Notes: generated by a model from the sequence alone, not told the origin. Counted from the first letter of the stretch, positions 13,601 to 27,700 are shown. The stretch is DNA of 64,000 bases from Nageia nagi (GCA_050084985.1 JBITNC010000001.1:188480001-188544000), one strand, 5' to 3'. Made by a program: numbers and translations.

Positions 13601-15754
13601 TTATTTAGATTTTGGTGTACCATAAAATATATCATGGTTATGATAGTTTTCCATTTGATAAATGATGCAAATTAACAATATATAAACACCTTGTATAATT
13701 ATACATGGATGGATTCTTGTTCATGAAAAGTTAATGTAAATCTATATAAAATGGAGTGGTTAAAAAGGTTTTCCCTTATCCATGATTGCCACATATTGGA
13801 GTGGTTAAAAATGTTTTCCTTCTCTATGATTGTTGAATGTTGGAGTGGTTAAAAAGGTTCACCCTTCTCCACCATTTCCAAGCCTTGGAGTGGTTAAAAA
13901 GTTTCTCCCTTCTCTATGATTGTTAAATGCTGGAGTGGTTAAAAACATTCATCCTTCTCTTAAATTACAATTTTTGATGAAATATTTCATCCATATGATT
14001 GGATTAATACTACCTTTTTCCATCATTTACATCTTAACTAGTAGCATAGTTAAGATGATATTTATTTTTATGGCTTAGGCATCTTGACTAGTGACATAGT
14101 CAAGTTTACTTATTGTGGCTTGTTCTTTATCTATGTTATAGTATTATCAAAGGAGAACTTAAACCTCCTACTCAACATGTTTATAAATATATAATAACTT
14201 ATGCATCATTGACATGTGGTTTGTACACCTTCATGGTTAGTTCGCTCTATGTGAAGAACTAGTTGTACATGTTTAGCATATTTGATATACACCTTCATGG
14301 TTAGTTCACAATGTGTGAAGAAATCATGGTACATCTTAGCTTCTTACAACACTATTTCAATTGTCACTATGTGAAGAATTAGTATGTGCATTCTGGAATT
14401 GTTTAGTTATCCATCTATGAGGAACTTGTATGTGCATATGCTTTATTTTTTTAACACATGTGGTTATCTAGCAAGTGACTACATTTTTGATCGATGAAGT
14501 TGTCATCAAGGGGAAAAATAAATATGATGTCAACTTCAATATATATATCCTTCAACTTCAACCACTTCAACTATCATATATCTTGTACACTTCATCTTCC
14601 ATATAATAACTGCTTAGGCATACAATAACTCTTTAGGATAATTTTATATCATTGCTTAAGATGGTAAAGTTGAACTTATTGCTTAGGATAGTAAAATTGA
14701 ACTTATTACTTAAGATAGTAAAGTTAATCTGGTAACATGTGGTTGATATTTCATTTGATATTATGCACATTTTTATTAATATTTTATTGATATACATGCT
14801 CATGTATGATATATGTTGATTTAGTGCACATATGATATTTAGTATGCACAAGTGATATTCTTAGTTGATGATGGATATCATCTTTGATATTATGTATATA
14901 TATTTACTTGGCATCTTTGTATTATTTGATTCATTTATGAATCAATGTATGATGCAACTAACTAATCTTATTTATGATTTGCTTGTAGCATGCAAATTTA
15001 TTCTTATTATAGGCTATTTACTTCGCTTGAGTAGCGCATGGAGACTCATCATGTAAACTTGTTGTTGAATGATTACTATTTATACATTGAAACCATTTAT
15101 GGTTAATGATTGTATTGTAAAACCATTTGTTAAAATGGTTAAGTAGTTGGCCCTTGTAGAACCATCTAAATTCTATTACTATCTCACAAGTTCTCATCTT
15201 TGATTGTATTCTTATCGAGGAGAATTCTCTTACACTTTCTCTTTATCTTCTTGACTCTCTACCCCAAAATTGCATTAAGAGGGAGTGTTAGAATTTATAA
15301 TACATTATTGTGTAATACCTTTCTTTAATGTAACCCACTTAATATTTATAGGTATCTAGATACCTTAAGTATTAAGGGAATAAAATATTATAAAAGGTTA
15401 ACTTAACCCTTGGGTAAAAGGGTGGTTAAATAGAGGGTTGTATGTTATAAATAGAGGTCTACCCCCCTCTCATAATACACACTTGAAGAAGCATGAAAAC
15501 TCTAGTCTTGTAGAATTGTAGGAATGCTCTTGTAGGAGTTTTGTAGAAGAATTATTGAGAGTTTGTAGGAGATTTCTCTTGTGAGAAGTAATAGAAAAGA
15601 TAGTTTAAAGTGGATGTACTCCCAAGTGATGGAGAAACCACTATTATTCTTGTGTGTTCAAATTATGAGATTGGATATTTCTTATGTTGGTTTACAAAGC
15701 CTTCTTGAGATCTTGGTAGATTAGGATTTTATTCATTAAGGTGTAAATCCAACA
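10671..15754 (+). mobile_element. Element C: non-coding (LARD-like) derivative of the A/B Copia family
   Basis: LTRs 10671-11143 and 15286-15754; TSD CCCAT; PBS TGGTATCAGA at 11146; PPT AAGAGGGAG. No pol motifs recognised; the 3' ~400 bp and hairpin repeats are homologous to A and B. Confidence 0.9.
13753..13965 (+). repeat. Five 44-45-bp tandem repeats in element C (two copies in element A at ~17327 and 17372)
   Basis: GGAGTGGTTAAAAA starts at 13753, 13798, 13842, 13887 and 13932. Confidence 0.85.
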
Positions 15755-16198
15755 CCCATCACCCTCATGATCATGCTATACAGTTGATTTTGGAGAATCA
15801 ACCACCAAATATCAAACCATACCACTACCCTTATTTGTAAAAAATAAAATTAAGAAATTTGTCCATGAAATATTAGAGGCAAGAGTCATCTAACCTAGTG
15901 TAAGCTCATACTCTTCACTAGTATTGTTGGTTAGCAAAAAGGATGGTTCATGGTGGATGTACATAAATCTCAAAGTGATTAACAAGATCACTATGAAGGA
16001 TAAGTTTCCTATTATAGTCATTGATGAATTTTTGGATGAATCACATGAGGTCCAATATTTTTCAAAATTGGATCTATGATTAGGCTATCACCAGATTAGA
16101 CTCAAGGAGGAGGATATATCAAAAATAACCTTTTGCACTCATGAAGGTCACTATGATTTCTTGGTTATGTCATTCGATCTCTCCAACACACCATCAAT

Positions 16199-16290
16199 GA
16201 AGTTTGTATCCAATGGCATGGATTGTCACCTGAGGATGCAACATGGAAGACAACGCATCAACTTTAGTAAGAGTTTTCCAATTTTTAGCT
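16199..16290 (+). pseudogene. Chromodomain remnant of chromovirus integrase
   Basis: [16 protein letters not shown] directly after truncated RT and just before the PPT. Confidence 0.85.
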
Positions 16291-17949
16291 TTGAGGAAAA
16301 AGATTAATTTCAAGAGGGGTGGTATGTTAGGATCCCACATCCTAACACTTACTTAAGGATTAGTTAAGCAATAGTTAGGATTAGTTAAGGATTAATTAAA
16401 TAGTAGTTAGGATTAGTTAGGTAGTAGTTAGGATTAGTTAAGTTTTAGTAAGGATTAGTTAAATCGACTTATTAAGTGAATATTCATGTCTTTTAATGAA
16501 TAGTCACTTATGATGACTATAAATATGTGTAATATGGGATAGATAAATCACCAAAAAAAATATATTATCTTCTAAGTTATAATGAGGAAGCCCCTTGAAA
16601 TGGCCCACGATTCATATTGTGATCAATAAAGTATTTATATTATGTTATATTTTTAATTTGGAAGTGTATTTCTCTATTTTGTTACTTGCAAATCATTGAA
16701 TATTTTTATTTTGTTGTTATTTTGGTTAAAATATTGGTTATATGTTTGAGGTTCCTAACACCAAGTGAAGGCCTAATTTTAAACAAGAAAACAACCTCAA
16801 CTCTACCCTCACTAATGTTACTTGGTTGTGAAAAATATTGGATGTATGGGACATATAATTTGATGAAAATATATTGCAAATGTGAAATTGGTTAACAATT
16901 TAAGCATGCCTTGTTTATTACCTTTGGTTAAAATTTAAAATGTTTGGTTGATTACCTTGGTTAACAAATTAATAATGTTGGTGAACAAATTGCAATTTTT
17001 TTACATAGTGTAATGTTGATTTCATGATATCTTGTGCCTTAATCTCCTTAATGGTATGAAATATATACTTTGGTGGCATTGTTGCAAATGTTTTTGGCAA
17101 ATAATCTTATGACATTAGCAATAAAATATTTGGGTCTTATATATGTAATTTTGTGCAAATGGATTAGTGCATTCCATGGTTGGAAGGTTATGCCCATATT
17201 TTGGATTGATGCCACCTTATTTATTGAAAACATATGTATGATTTGGATTCATGCTAATCTACTTTCATGCTTGGGGTGTTTACCCTTATTTATGTTCCTC
17301 CTTCTTTCTAGAGAGTTGTAGTGGGTGGAGTGGTTAAAAAGGTTCTACCTTGTCTAAAGTTGCAACCTATTGGAGTGGTTCAAAAGGTTTGCCCTTCTCC
17401 AAAATTACAACTTTCATACAATTTTATGCCACTTTACTTCCATTATTGTGAAGTTTATCCATTATGTATAGATGTTAATTCACTTCCATTGTGTTGAACT
17501 ATATTTATGTATTGATGGAAGTTGAATCCATGTTAATGTATTAGTGCTACCTTCATCCATCATTTGCATCTTGACTAGTAGCATGGTCAAGTTAGTAGTG
17601 TTTGTGGCTTATTCTTCTTTATGAGAAAGTATTGTTGAACAAGACCTTAAACCTTTAAATCAACATGTTTGTAAATAAATAAGAACTTGTGAATTTCTAT
17701 AGTCAAGATGGAATTATTTGTGGCATGGTCAAGTTGAAATAATGTGGATTGTAAATCTTGACTTGTAGGTATAATACATTTGGCATTTATTTGGCTTAAT
17801 CACTTTTGCGTAACATATGATCTTTTGATAATAGTGCCTTAGTATTTGAATAGATGGTGCATTAGTTATTGGGGATAACATAATTTTTAATGACCATGTG
17901 ATTACAAGTTGGTAATGGAAAATAGTTTGACCTTTCTAAAGTATGCTTA

Positions 17950-20340
17950 ACCATAATTTTTTTTCCATAGAATCCTTTATCTTATGGAGAATCAAATCCT
18001 TGTGTTGGCCTATAGGTGCAATGACATAATTTTGAGAAGGATAAGGTGTAAAGGGCTTCCCAACCTCTTAAATTAGTTTGTTCTAATTTGATGGGTTGGT
18101 TTTTATACCAAGTCTCTTGGGGGAGCTTCTTATATCCTTAGCTTTATTGTTGACTTTAGTAGGGTGACCTTCGATTACCTACTTGAGCACAAGGACCAAA
18201 CCTTTAATAGATTCTAGGAATGTAATGCCTTAGTTAAAATTCAAATTAACCTAAAACTAAAATATTGAGAACTGATAATGGGGATGAATACAATAGGAAT
18301 TATTTTAATTGATTTTTTGCCAAATATGGGATCAAGAGGTAGTTCATGATTCCTTACACCCCTAAGCAAAACAATATTATTGAGAGAAAGAATATATCCA
18401 TTCAAGAAATGGTTAGGTGCATGTTTTGAAATATCCTTAGTCTTTTATGAGGTGAAGTTATGAGCACTACAATATACACCTTGAATAGTTTTCCTATGAA
18501 AGCAATTGAAGAAAAAATCCTATATTAGGCATGGAAGGGAAAGAAACCTAACATCTCTCACTTTAGGTTTTTTGGGTGTGATGCCTATTCCTTTATTATT
18601 TTAGATAAAAGAAAGAAGTTGTACAAGAGATCTAAAAAGTGTATCTTTATTGATATGACATTTAGCATAGAGGCTATATGCTCTTCTCTCCTTCCCCAAG
18701 AGTAATATTCACCTCAAGGGATGTAAAGTTTAATGAACGTATTAAGGAATTTGCTTCTTGTAAGGACCTAGATGATCTTAATGACTCTTTTGTTGCACCT
18801 ATCTAGATGGATATCAATATTAATAAGTCATATTAGGAGAAAAATTGTCCAACATAAAGGATAATGAGAATTATGACCTTAAACAAATCCTTGTCTACCA
18901 AAATCGATAGCAAAAATGAGCCCTCACCATTTAAAGAAGATTTGAAGCATGAATGTTGAATGGAAGCCATAAAAGTTGAGTATGAGGCTTTAATGAAAAA
19001 TCAAACTTGGAACTTCATTCCCTATCACAATGAATAGAATGTGACTGAAAAAAAGTTTATTTACAAGGTCAATTACAATTTAGTTAGGAAATTAAGAAAT
19101 ACAAGTCAAGGTTAGTTGCCAAAGGTTTTGCTCAAAAATACATAATTGATTATGAGGAAACCTTTACTCCAATAGAAAAAATGACCATAGTCAGGTTAAT
19201 CCTTTCTCCTTCAGCAACTTAGGGATGAAAAGTTTTTTAACTTAATGTTAAGAGTGCTTTTATATATGGTGACTTAGATGCAATTATCTACATGAATCAA
19301 TCAGAAAGGTTTGTTGTGGAAGGAAAAGAGTCTCTTGTGTTCAAGCTAAAGAAGTCCTTATATGGACTTAACCAAGCACCTAGAGCTTGGTACAAAATGA
19401 TTTTAGGATACTTTGCAGATACTGGGTTCTCTAAGTGCTTCTGTAATTCATATCTATATGTGCTCAATTAGGAACAAGACTTGGTCTTGATTCTTTTCTA
19501 TATGTATGATCTTTTGATCATAGGAAATAATGACAAAATCATCCAAGAGTGCATATCTAAAGTCAAGGAAACTTTTAAAATGACTGATCTTGTTCTTATG
19601 CATTACTACTTTGGTATCCTTATGTACTAATACAAGGATTGTACTTACCTTAGTACATCCAACTATATCTCTAATATATTGTAAAATTTTAGAATGGAGG
19701 ATTGAAAGCATATTACGATCCTAGTATCTCTTGAAATCACTTTAACTCTTAGCTCTAACTCTCAATTGGTAAATGCTGCATTTTATTTTTAGGTAACTTA
19801 TTAGCAATATTATTTATTTGACTATATCTAGGCTAGATTTTGCATTTGTTGTAAATCTTATGACATGGTTCATGCACAACTATATGCTGAGCACCTCAAT
19901 GCTGTTAAGAAAATATTAAGGTATGTTGTGGGAATAAAAGATATTGCTATCAAGTATTCCAAGTTTCCCTTATTTGTTCTCTCAAGGTACTCATATTCTA
20001 ACTATGGGAGAGATAGAGATGATAAGAAATCAACCTCTACTTGTGTGTTTAGCATTGGTTCAAGTACTATCTCTTGGACTTCCAAGAAGCAACCTATTAT
20101 AGATTTATCCACCATAGAAGTAATATATCAATCCATGTTAGTCACTTCCCAAGAATTCATTTGGTTGAGGCACCTTTTGAAAGAAATTAGGTATGAGTAA
20201 GCTCACCCATCTCAAATTTCTTTAGATAGTATTATCCATTAGTCCTAAACTTCAGTAATTTATACACCAAGCCTCTTCCTAAAGCTTGTTCTACAAGCTT
20301 AGGAAATCTATTGGGTTGGCAAAGTTTTCCTCAAGGGGAA
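17950..20340 (+). pseudogene. pol: Decayed Copia pol (INT-RT-RH) of element A
   Basis: [50 protein letters not shown]; colinear with B pol but with many stops and frameshifts. Confidence 0.92.
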
Positions 20341-20464
20341 TGAAGGTTAAATTCTAGTTGAATTCATGTTTGTGATGATAACTTCATCCCTAGGAGGTTT
20401 TTTGGGTTGTATAATGTTGATATTTTTGTACACCTTCATGGTTAGTTTGCTCTATATGAGGAAC

Positions 20465-21662
20465 TATAAACACCCTAAAAATGAATATTACTTCATTGAC
20501 AAGGTTACATAGATATTTTAGCATATATCATGTGTTACATTATCATGTTGGACTAACATGTGTTTTGCAGGATCATCGATTAGATTGATTGACTCAATCT
20601 AGGTCTTTTATTTTGCTAACACCCTTTGGTACCAGTCACTTGAATGACTTGTCAATCATTCGGATGACCCTACAAATGTCATAGTCATCTAGACAATTTT
20701 GATTGAGTATTATAAAAGTTAATTGGCATACATTCCAATCTTCTTCATTTTCTATGCTTTGACCTGTATGAACTTTGCAGCCTCTGTGTTTTCCAACGAT
20801 TGTACTTGAGCATTTAGGGATTGTTGTGAAGGGCTTACCAAATCAAGAACATTCTTCTTCAATTTTGAGCATGCTTCTCAATCACAAATGGATTGAGGTA
20901 TTCCTTGTCATTTGAAGTTTGATTTGAGATAATTAATAGTGTCTTTCCTTGTTATTTCCATAATTGAAGATTAATCCATACTTGATAAAAACTTGTATCC
21001 TTTTATCTCAATTAGCAATTGCATTTGTATGACATATAGGCATTAATTAGGCTAGTACATCCTAGGGTTTTAGTCTAAATTTTGACTTTTAAGGTCCAAA
21101 CCCTAGGGTTTTCACATCTTTGTTGCTTCATTTATAATTCTTAGCTTAGATCCATTGAATTTAGCTTTACATTTGTGACCTACATTATCATTTAGTTAAA
21201 TATTTGCATATATTACTTATATTTGTCAAATCTTGAATATCATTTGTCAATTTAGCATAGATATACCATATCATTTATCAATTGTCATTATTCAAGCATT
21301 TAGTATTAATGTTTATGAGTCTAGAACACATTTGCATCATAGGCATTTATATCTTTATGAACATCCATGTGATTATGGACCAAGGGGATCTATAACCTTG
21401 TAGAGTTGGGGTTTTATCTTACTTTGGACAATCACAAGGTCTTAAGGACTTATGATTAGAGGTCACCTTTCCTTCTTGTTATTTCCTTTTCAAATTAGAC
21501 TACACACTAGAATCATTCAAGGTTAAGGATCATTTCTAAACCTTTCTTTTATCATTTTATCACAATATAACATAGGAAAATTTAGTATTGAATGCTTTGG
21601 ATCTTAGAATACTCATGAGTGGTTTGAGTGTTTGAGGTGTTGGAGATTTTGAGGTGTTCATA
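20465..21662. mobile_element. Solo LTR (probably Gypsy) inserted in a 3' UTR hairpin repeat of A
   Basis: TSD GGAAC (20460-20464, 21663-21667); ends TATAAACACCCTAAAAAT...ATTTTGAGGTGTTCATA are inverted repeats consistent with a deaminated TG..CA. Confidence 0.8.
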
Positions 21663-22235
21663 GGAACTAGTTGTACATTTTTTAACATATGATGGCTTCT
21701 TATACACTATTTCAATTATCCATATGTGAGGAACTCATATATGCTTATGCTCTATTTTTTATATTGATTAACACATATTTTTTTATACAATAGGTGATTA
21801 TGAGTATTGGATTGGCATCTTTGTGATGACTTATAGTGCACCATTGATCAATTTATAGATGGTATTAATTGATTTATTTATCGTATGTTGATATGAATAT
21901 TTACATGATGCATCTGATTGATCTTGTTTATGAGCTGATTATAGCTTGGAGGTTTCTTCTTGAGAGTGCAGGTTACGTACTTCAAGTAGGTAGGCTCATG
22001 GAGGCTCACGTGTTAACTTGTTGTTGAATGACTAATTTGTACAGTGAAACTAGTTATAGTTAATGATTGTATTGTAAACCATTTTATCAGATGGTAAAGT
22101 AGTGAGACTCAATATAAGATCTTGCTTATTTCTCAAATATGTAAATGTTCTCATCTTTGATTGTATCTTTATGGAGGAGAACTCTCTCTTTCTTCTCTCC
22201 TCTTCTCTCTACTCCAATATTACATTAAGGGGTAG

Positions 22236-22740
22236 TGTTAGAATATATAATGAATTATTGTAATATCTCTTCATGTAATTCACTTAATATTTAAGGGTAT
22301 CCCTAGATACCTTAAGTATTTAGTGAATATGATTATGTAACTTATCCTACACTCCATCTGATGGGCATGCCCCTTGGGTAAAAGGGTGATGCATGTCATG
22401 AATATTGTATAATGGTTAAAAGGTTGATCCAAGGAAGGATTTTGGCCTATAAATAGAGGTCCCTCTCCTTGATATTACTCACTCAAGTTTGTACCAATGT
22501 TATGCTCTTGTCTAGGTTGTAGGAAAAGTAAGAAAGTGAGTTATTGTAAGAGAATGCTCTTTGAGATTAAGAAGATCTTAGATTAGTGGATGTACTCCCA
22601 TGGTTGGATGAAATAATTTATATTGGTGTCATCTTATGTGAATTTTATATTGTGTTTATGCTATTATGATGATATTTTTAGAGACCTTTCAAGTGCTCTT
22701 GGCAAAATATAATTTTATTTATTTAGGCTTATTCCCTTCA
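22236..22740 (+). repeat. 3' LTR of element A
   Basis: TGTTAGAA start after PPT; family motifs AGATACCTTAAG, CTATAAATAGAGG, GGATGTACTCCCA; ends CCCTTCA like the B LTR. Confidence 0.8.
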
Positions 22741-22789
22741 ACATGGTTTCTCTATGCATATGAAAATTACATGTAAATAAGCTTAGCAT

Positions 22790-23230
22790 GCTTTTCCATG
22801 ATATGGGAAACCTTATAACTATAAAAGAGTTGAAAAAGAATAGCAATTTCAATGATTTGATTACCTTATCAGAATTAATAACTAGTTTGTTGATTTTGTT
22901 TGGGGGATTGGATAACGAGCAAGTGAAATTAAAGGAAAATGATCTAATTCTTTCATCATTTCAAATCATTCAAGGTGAATTGATACAAATGAAAGGATTT
23001 ATAGTCCAATTATGGCATATAAAATTACCAAGCAAAGCTAATTATGGTCATGGTCATCATCAAAATTTCTTTAACAAATTAGGTAGATGTACAAGGGAAA
23101 TTATAAAAAGAGAGAAGAAAGAAAAAAATATTCTTTCTAAATTCATTATCTAAGGATTAAAAAGGTATGAAGAATATTAAATCTTGAAAATGATAATATT
23201 TTTTAGATGAGAGGAGTATTTTTATTTAAT
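22790..23230 (+). pseudogene. Heavily decayed Gypsy integrase remnant
   Basis: Weak DN.., MAYKITK..GH-like residues; identity tentative. Confidence 0.35.
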
Positions 23231-23786
23231 GTTAGATGGTCTATTCAATTAGATATATCTAATGACATATTATACTCATCCATTGTAAATATTTTAGAGA
23301 ATGTATCATATTTATGACAAACCATATTAGCATTATACAAAATTATTTATCTAGAAAGGTTAGTGTTTGAAGTTTGGCATTACAAACACTGACCACTATC
23401 TATTCTCACTTATTGACTTTGTGTGATAGTCAATTATGAATACCCCTCTTTGTTGTTGTCAAGCTTATATGAGGACTAGCAAAGGGATAAATGAACACTA
23501 TAAAAGGTATGAATATTATCTATGATATGGACATGGATGTTATAATACTAAGTGTATTAAACTTTCACCTACCATAGGAGGTAGAATAGTTTTTAGATTT
23601 ATTTAGGACTTATAGTGCGTTTATGTATTCCTTTAAGGGTGATTGATGTGTGATTTAGCTCTCAAAATTTTAATGTTTTAATATTTTTTTTATTACATTT
23701 TAAAATATGTGTATAAAAATAAAAAAATTGAGTAGAGTGCATGATCAATTATCTAATACTCTCAAAAGGAGTTCATATTAAGAGGT

Positions 23787-23950
23787 CACTATACCAAAAA
23801 AGGGCATTGGGGGTAGGCATTTAGAGGTAGTTTTGTTACAATGATTTTTAACCACCTCAATTATGTGATTAAGTGACGATTTTGGTGGGATAATTTTTAT
23901 CCCTCCCTTAAAAACATTTTGGGGTGATGAAAAGCTACCCCTTACTGAAA
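23787..23950 (+). mobile_element. Possible CACTA transposon terminus
   Basis: CACTATACCAAAAAAGGGCATT start; partner terminus not found. Confidence 0.35.
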
Positions 23951-24799
23951 ATGAGAAAAAATAAAAAAGTCATATGTAGAGAGCTTAGGTGGGACTTGTT
24001 TCATTTTAACTTTTTTGAGCTGAGGAGTTGGAGGAGAAAGAGGGGCATTTGGCATATTGGAAAGATGAGAGAGGAGAGGGAGACCAAATGAGAGTTGAGG
24101 GATTGGAGGAGAGAGTGGCATTTGGTGTATTAGTGAGATGAGAGAGGAGAGGGGAGACCAAAAAGAGGAATTAAATGGGTATAAAGGGTACCTTAGCATG
24201 TGCCAACATTATTGGCATGAGGGATCATTATGGTTAGAGGTGATTCCAATAATTTAAGGCCCCCATATATGTTAGCTTTCCATTGTGTTCAACTTGTCAA
24301 ACATTTGAGAATCCTACATCAAAATCATGGAGTTTTGTAATGATCTCTTACTTGGAATTGCTCTTCACAATATAAAATTTAGGATTAATTTTTTTTTTAT
24401 TCATTTAGTGAGACACCAAATTTGATATGATCCAACTTGAGTTAGTATCAATGGCAAATTGACCCTAAAGTAGGTTAAATTGATCAAATACTAGAATTGA
24501 TCAACCCTTTTCATTTTTGGAGTTCACCTTCCTAATCCTTTATGCATTAGATAGAACATCCCACCATTACTATCCATCAACCAATCAAGTACAAAAAAGC
24601 CCATTTGATCACAACATAGGGTTTTGGTTTCATCTTGGGGCCCATATCACCCAAGATGGTGTTAATCTAAAAAAAGATCATATAACTTGTATGAATTTTC
24701 TATCCATAATATTATGGGTAAAGCAAATCATCCTTAGGATAACTGTCATTTCAAACCACTAACTTGTGTATGAGAAATGACTACACAATATATTCTTAT

Positions 24800-27700
24800 T
24801 GAATATAATGTATTTTTATCAATTACTATCCCTTATCCTAGGATACAATAACTACTATAGACATATAAAAATGAATTATAATTTATTAAATAATTCATTT
24901 CTATGGAACTCATTGTAAAAAAGTATTAAAATACACCCTATGTAATGTATTAAATTTAAAAGGACCACTAAATGATGTAAGTAGTGTTAAGTATCAACAA
25001 AGGTACCACAAGCTATGTAATACCTGATGATCCTAAGAAAAAGGAAATGATGAAGATGTTAGTATAAAAGAATATCAAAGGCAAATAATTCCCTATAAGA
25101 TAATTAGATATTGGATAGGTCAATGCTTACATATCATATCATTCGAACAATAATGATGTTTTGTAACACCACCTATTTGAGGATCTGTTATCTACTCTTT
25201 GTCATGTTTCATATATTTTAATTTTAACATTTGATATTAAGCCTTTCATGATGCCAACAATGTGCTTCTACCAAGTGTATCATGCCAGCATCGTGGTTCT
25301 TCTATTCAAGCATGCAAAATATGAGCAAGAGTTTTGTTAATGGCTTGATCATGCAAATATAATGAAGATTATATGTTTATCATCTTATGAAACTAGTATA
25401 ATTCTCATGTATATTTCAGTACCTTATACAATATATGTTTGTTTGAAATATGAATATAAGGGATAGATACACATAATAATTAGAGATCTAGAGCCTTATG
25501 CATTATGTAATTTGACATATTTATACATTGAGGGAGTATATTTGAGTTATCCTAAACTTTAAATTATTCCAAAAGAAGTTGAGTCAACATTAATCAGAGT
25601 AGATAAAGAGGTTTAGATTGCAAAAATAGGAATGGGAATGTACAACATACAAAACCTAGTCCATTAGCTTTCATAAAAGATTTAGGATGTTCGAAAATAG
25701 TAAAGAATGCAAAGCACCTACATTGTGTTGAAGGTGTTGTAGAGTGTGTACACCATGAAAATGAAGGCCAATCAAGAAATTATTCCTTTGTAACATATGT
25801 TTCTCCAAATCCTATCCAACCAATGAATGAAATAATGAAACAAGTTACGAGTAATTCAAATTTCCATCTCAATTTGTGCATAAATACATGATACAAAATT
25901 ACAAGTACAAGGGAGGAGGATTAGAAAAATTATAATATGGTATGCCTTCTTTTCCTAAAAATTTAGGAGCTCAGAAAGATAAAAAAGGGTTGAGTAATGA
26001 TCAAAATACTAAGAAGAGTTCAAATCCTATAAAGTTTGTTCCAGAATGCACTATGATTAAGCTTTATGATGACATTGATTAAGATTTATGGATTGATGAT
26101 ACTATACCTCTTGATTTTGATTATTTTTCTACTTATGATGATCTATTAGAATACATTGGGTACATTCATAATTACCCAAATCAAATGAAAAAAGATAACC
26201 AAATTATGTTCTTAGTCAGTATGGATATTTTGGGTTAAAAGTAAATTTTAATGAAGTATTTCAAGTGTAGCAGGCTAATGAAGAAGAGGATGATGTTCAT
26301 GATATTCCTAGTTTAGAAGAGCTACCTTCAATATTGCCAAATAAAGATGAGTTGAACTTTTTAACTAAAGATTTGGTTGATGTCAACATTGGCACAAGTG
26401 ACCAAGAACAATTGATCAAGATTGGAGTCACCCTTTCCACATAACAACAAGAAGGGTATAAAAATAACTTTATTCAATGTAATAGGAACTTTGTAAGGTC
26501 TAATTCTGATATGCTTGATTTGGATCCATCATTTTTCATGCATAGTTTACCACTAAAGAAAGGACCAAAACCTAGTAAACAAAAATCATGAAAAATGCAT
26601 CCTTCAAAAGCATTGTTAGCTAAGAAAGAGATTGAAAAATACTTGAATGCTAGTTTCATTAGCCCTATAAATTATTCAGAATGGATGGCTAACATTCTTT
26701 CTATTATTGAACCTACTAGAGAGATAATAATTTGCATTGATTTTAAACATATCAATAATGCTTGCCCAAAAGATAATTTTCCATTGCCAAATATTGATAT
26801 GATTGTGGATAGTATTGTTGGTCATGATATTTTATATTTTATGTATGGATTTTTGGAATATAATCAAATTCTACTTAATCCAATTGATCAACATAAAACA
26901 AGTTTTACTATATCATACGATAATTTTTATTGGAAGGCTATGCCTTTTGGTTCAAAAAATACAAGAGCAAATTATCAGTGAGATGGTTACTACGTTTCAT
27001 GAGCACATTCACAAAACAGTGGAAGTTCATGTTGATGATATCTTGGTCAAATCAAAGCAAGGACAAGATCATTTAGATCTTCTTAAAGAGGTATTTGATA
27101 TTCTCAAAAACTATAAGCTTTAACTAAAGCCAAAAAAGTATGCTTTTATTGTTACTTCAAGAAAATTACTAGGTTTTATGGTTTCAAAAAGAGGTATTGA
27201 AGTGGATCTAGAAAAAGTGAAAGCCATTGTTAGCATGCCACCTCCCAAAAATCTTAAATAATTGAGAAGCCTCCAAGGTAAGATAAATTTGGTAATAAGA
27301 TTCATTTCTCATCTTGGTGATCAATGTTTACCATTCACTCACTTATTGAAAAAGGATGTCAAGTTAGTATAGGATGAAAAATGTCAAAATGTATTTAAAA
27401 ATATCAACCAGTATTTTCTCAATCCACCCATCTTGGTCCCTATGGATTTTAGCAAGAAAGCATATCTTTACATATCAATCATATCATTTGATTTGGGGGC
27501 AATGTTGTACCATCAAGATGATGAAAATAAAGAAAGAGCCATCTATTATCTCAGCAAGACTCTCATAGACTATGAAATAAGGTATGATCCCATGGAAAAG
27601 GTTTATTTTGGTATTATTTTTGCTACTAAACAATCGAGGCATTATCTTCTATACTGCATTACATATGTTGGTAGTCTAGTTAATCCACTTAAATATCTCA

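Larger units (their letters stand above)
8484..16760 (+). mobile_element. Decayed Ty3/Gypsy chromovirus (Reina-like), interrupted by element C
   Basis: LTRs 8484-8890 and 16325-16760 (TGYTAGGATCC...GTTCCTAACA, internal GGATTAGTTA repeats); degenerate PBS at ~8893; gag remnant ~9060-9800 (KLDF.., IASCHLENEAIQ); protease-like STHNFID ~10175; RT 15760-16195 (HDHAIQL, SKLDL*LGYHQIR); chromodomain; PPT AAGAGGGGTGGTA; degenerate TSD CTAGG/CCAAG. Confidence 0.9.
1..22740 (+). mobile_element. Old Ty1/Copia element A (5' LTR outside window), split by three direct insertions plus one secondary insertion; host pieces 1-1135, 8340-8483, 16761-20464, 21663-22740
   Basis: Removing the inserts joins 790-1135 + 8340-8483 + 16761-16810 into a block colinear with element B 4070-4540. 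Decayed pol at ~17950-20340, 3' region homologous to B 7000-7826, PPT-like AAGGGGTAG then TGTTAGAA LTR start at 22236. Confidence 0.8.

Noticed and set aside
13753-13965. Regularly spaced 14-bp motif resembling CRISPR
   Set aside because: The intervening sequences are homologous to one another, so it is an ordinary tandem repeat.
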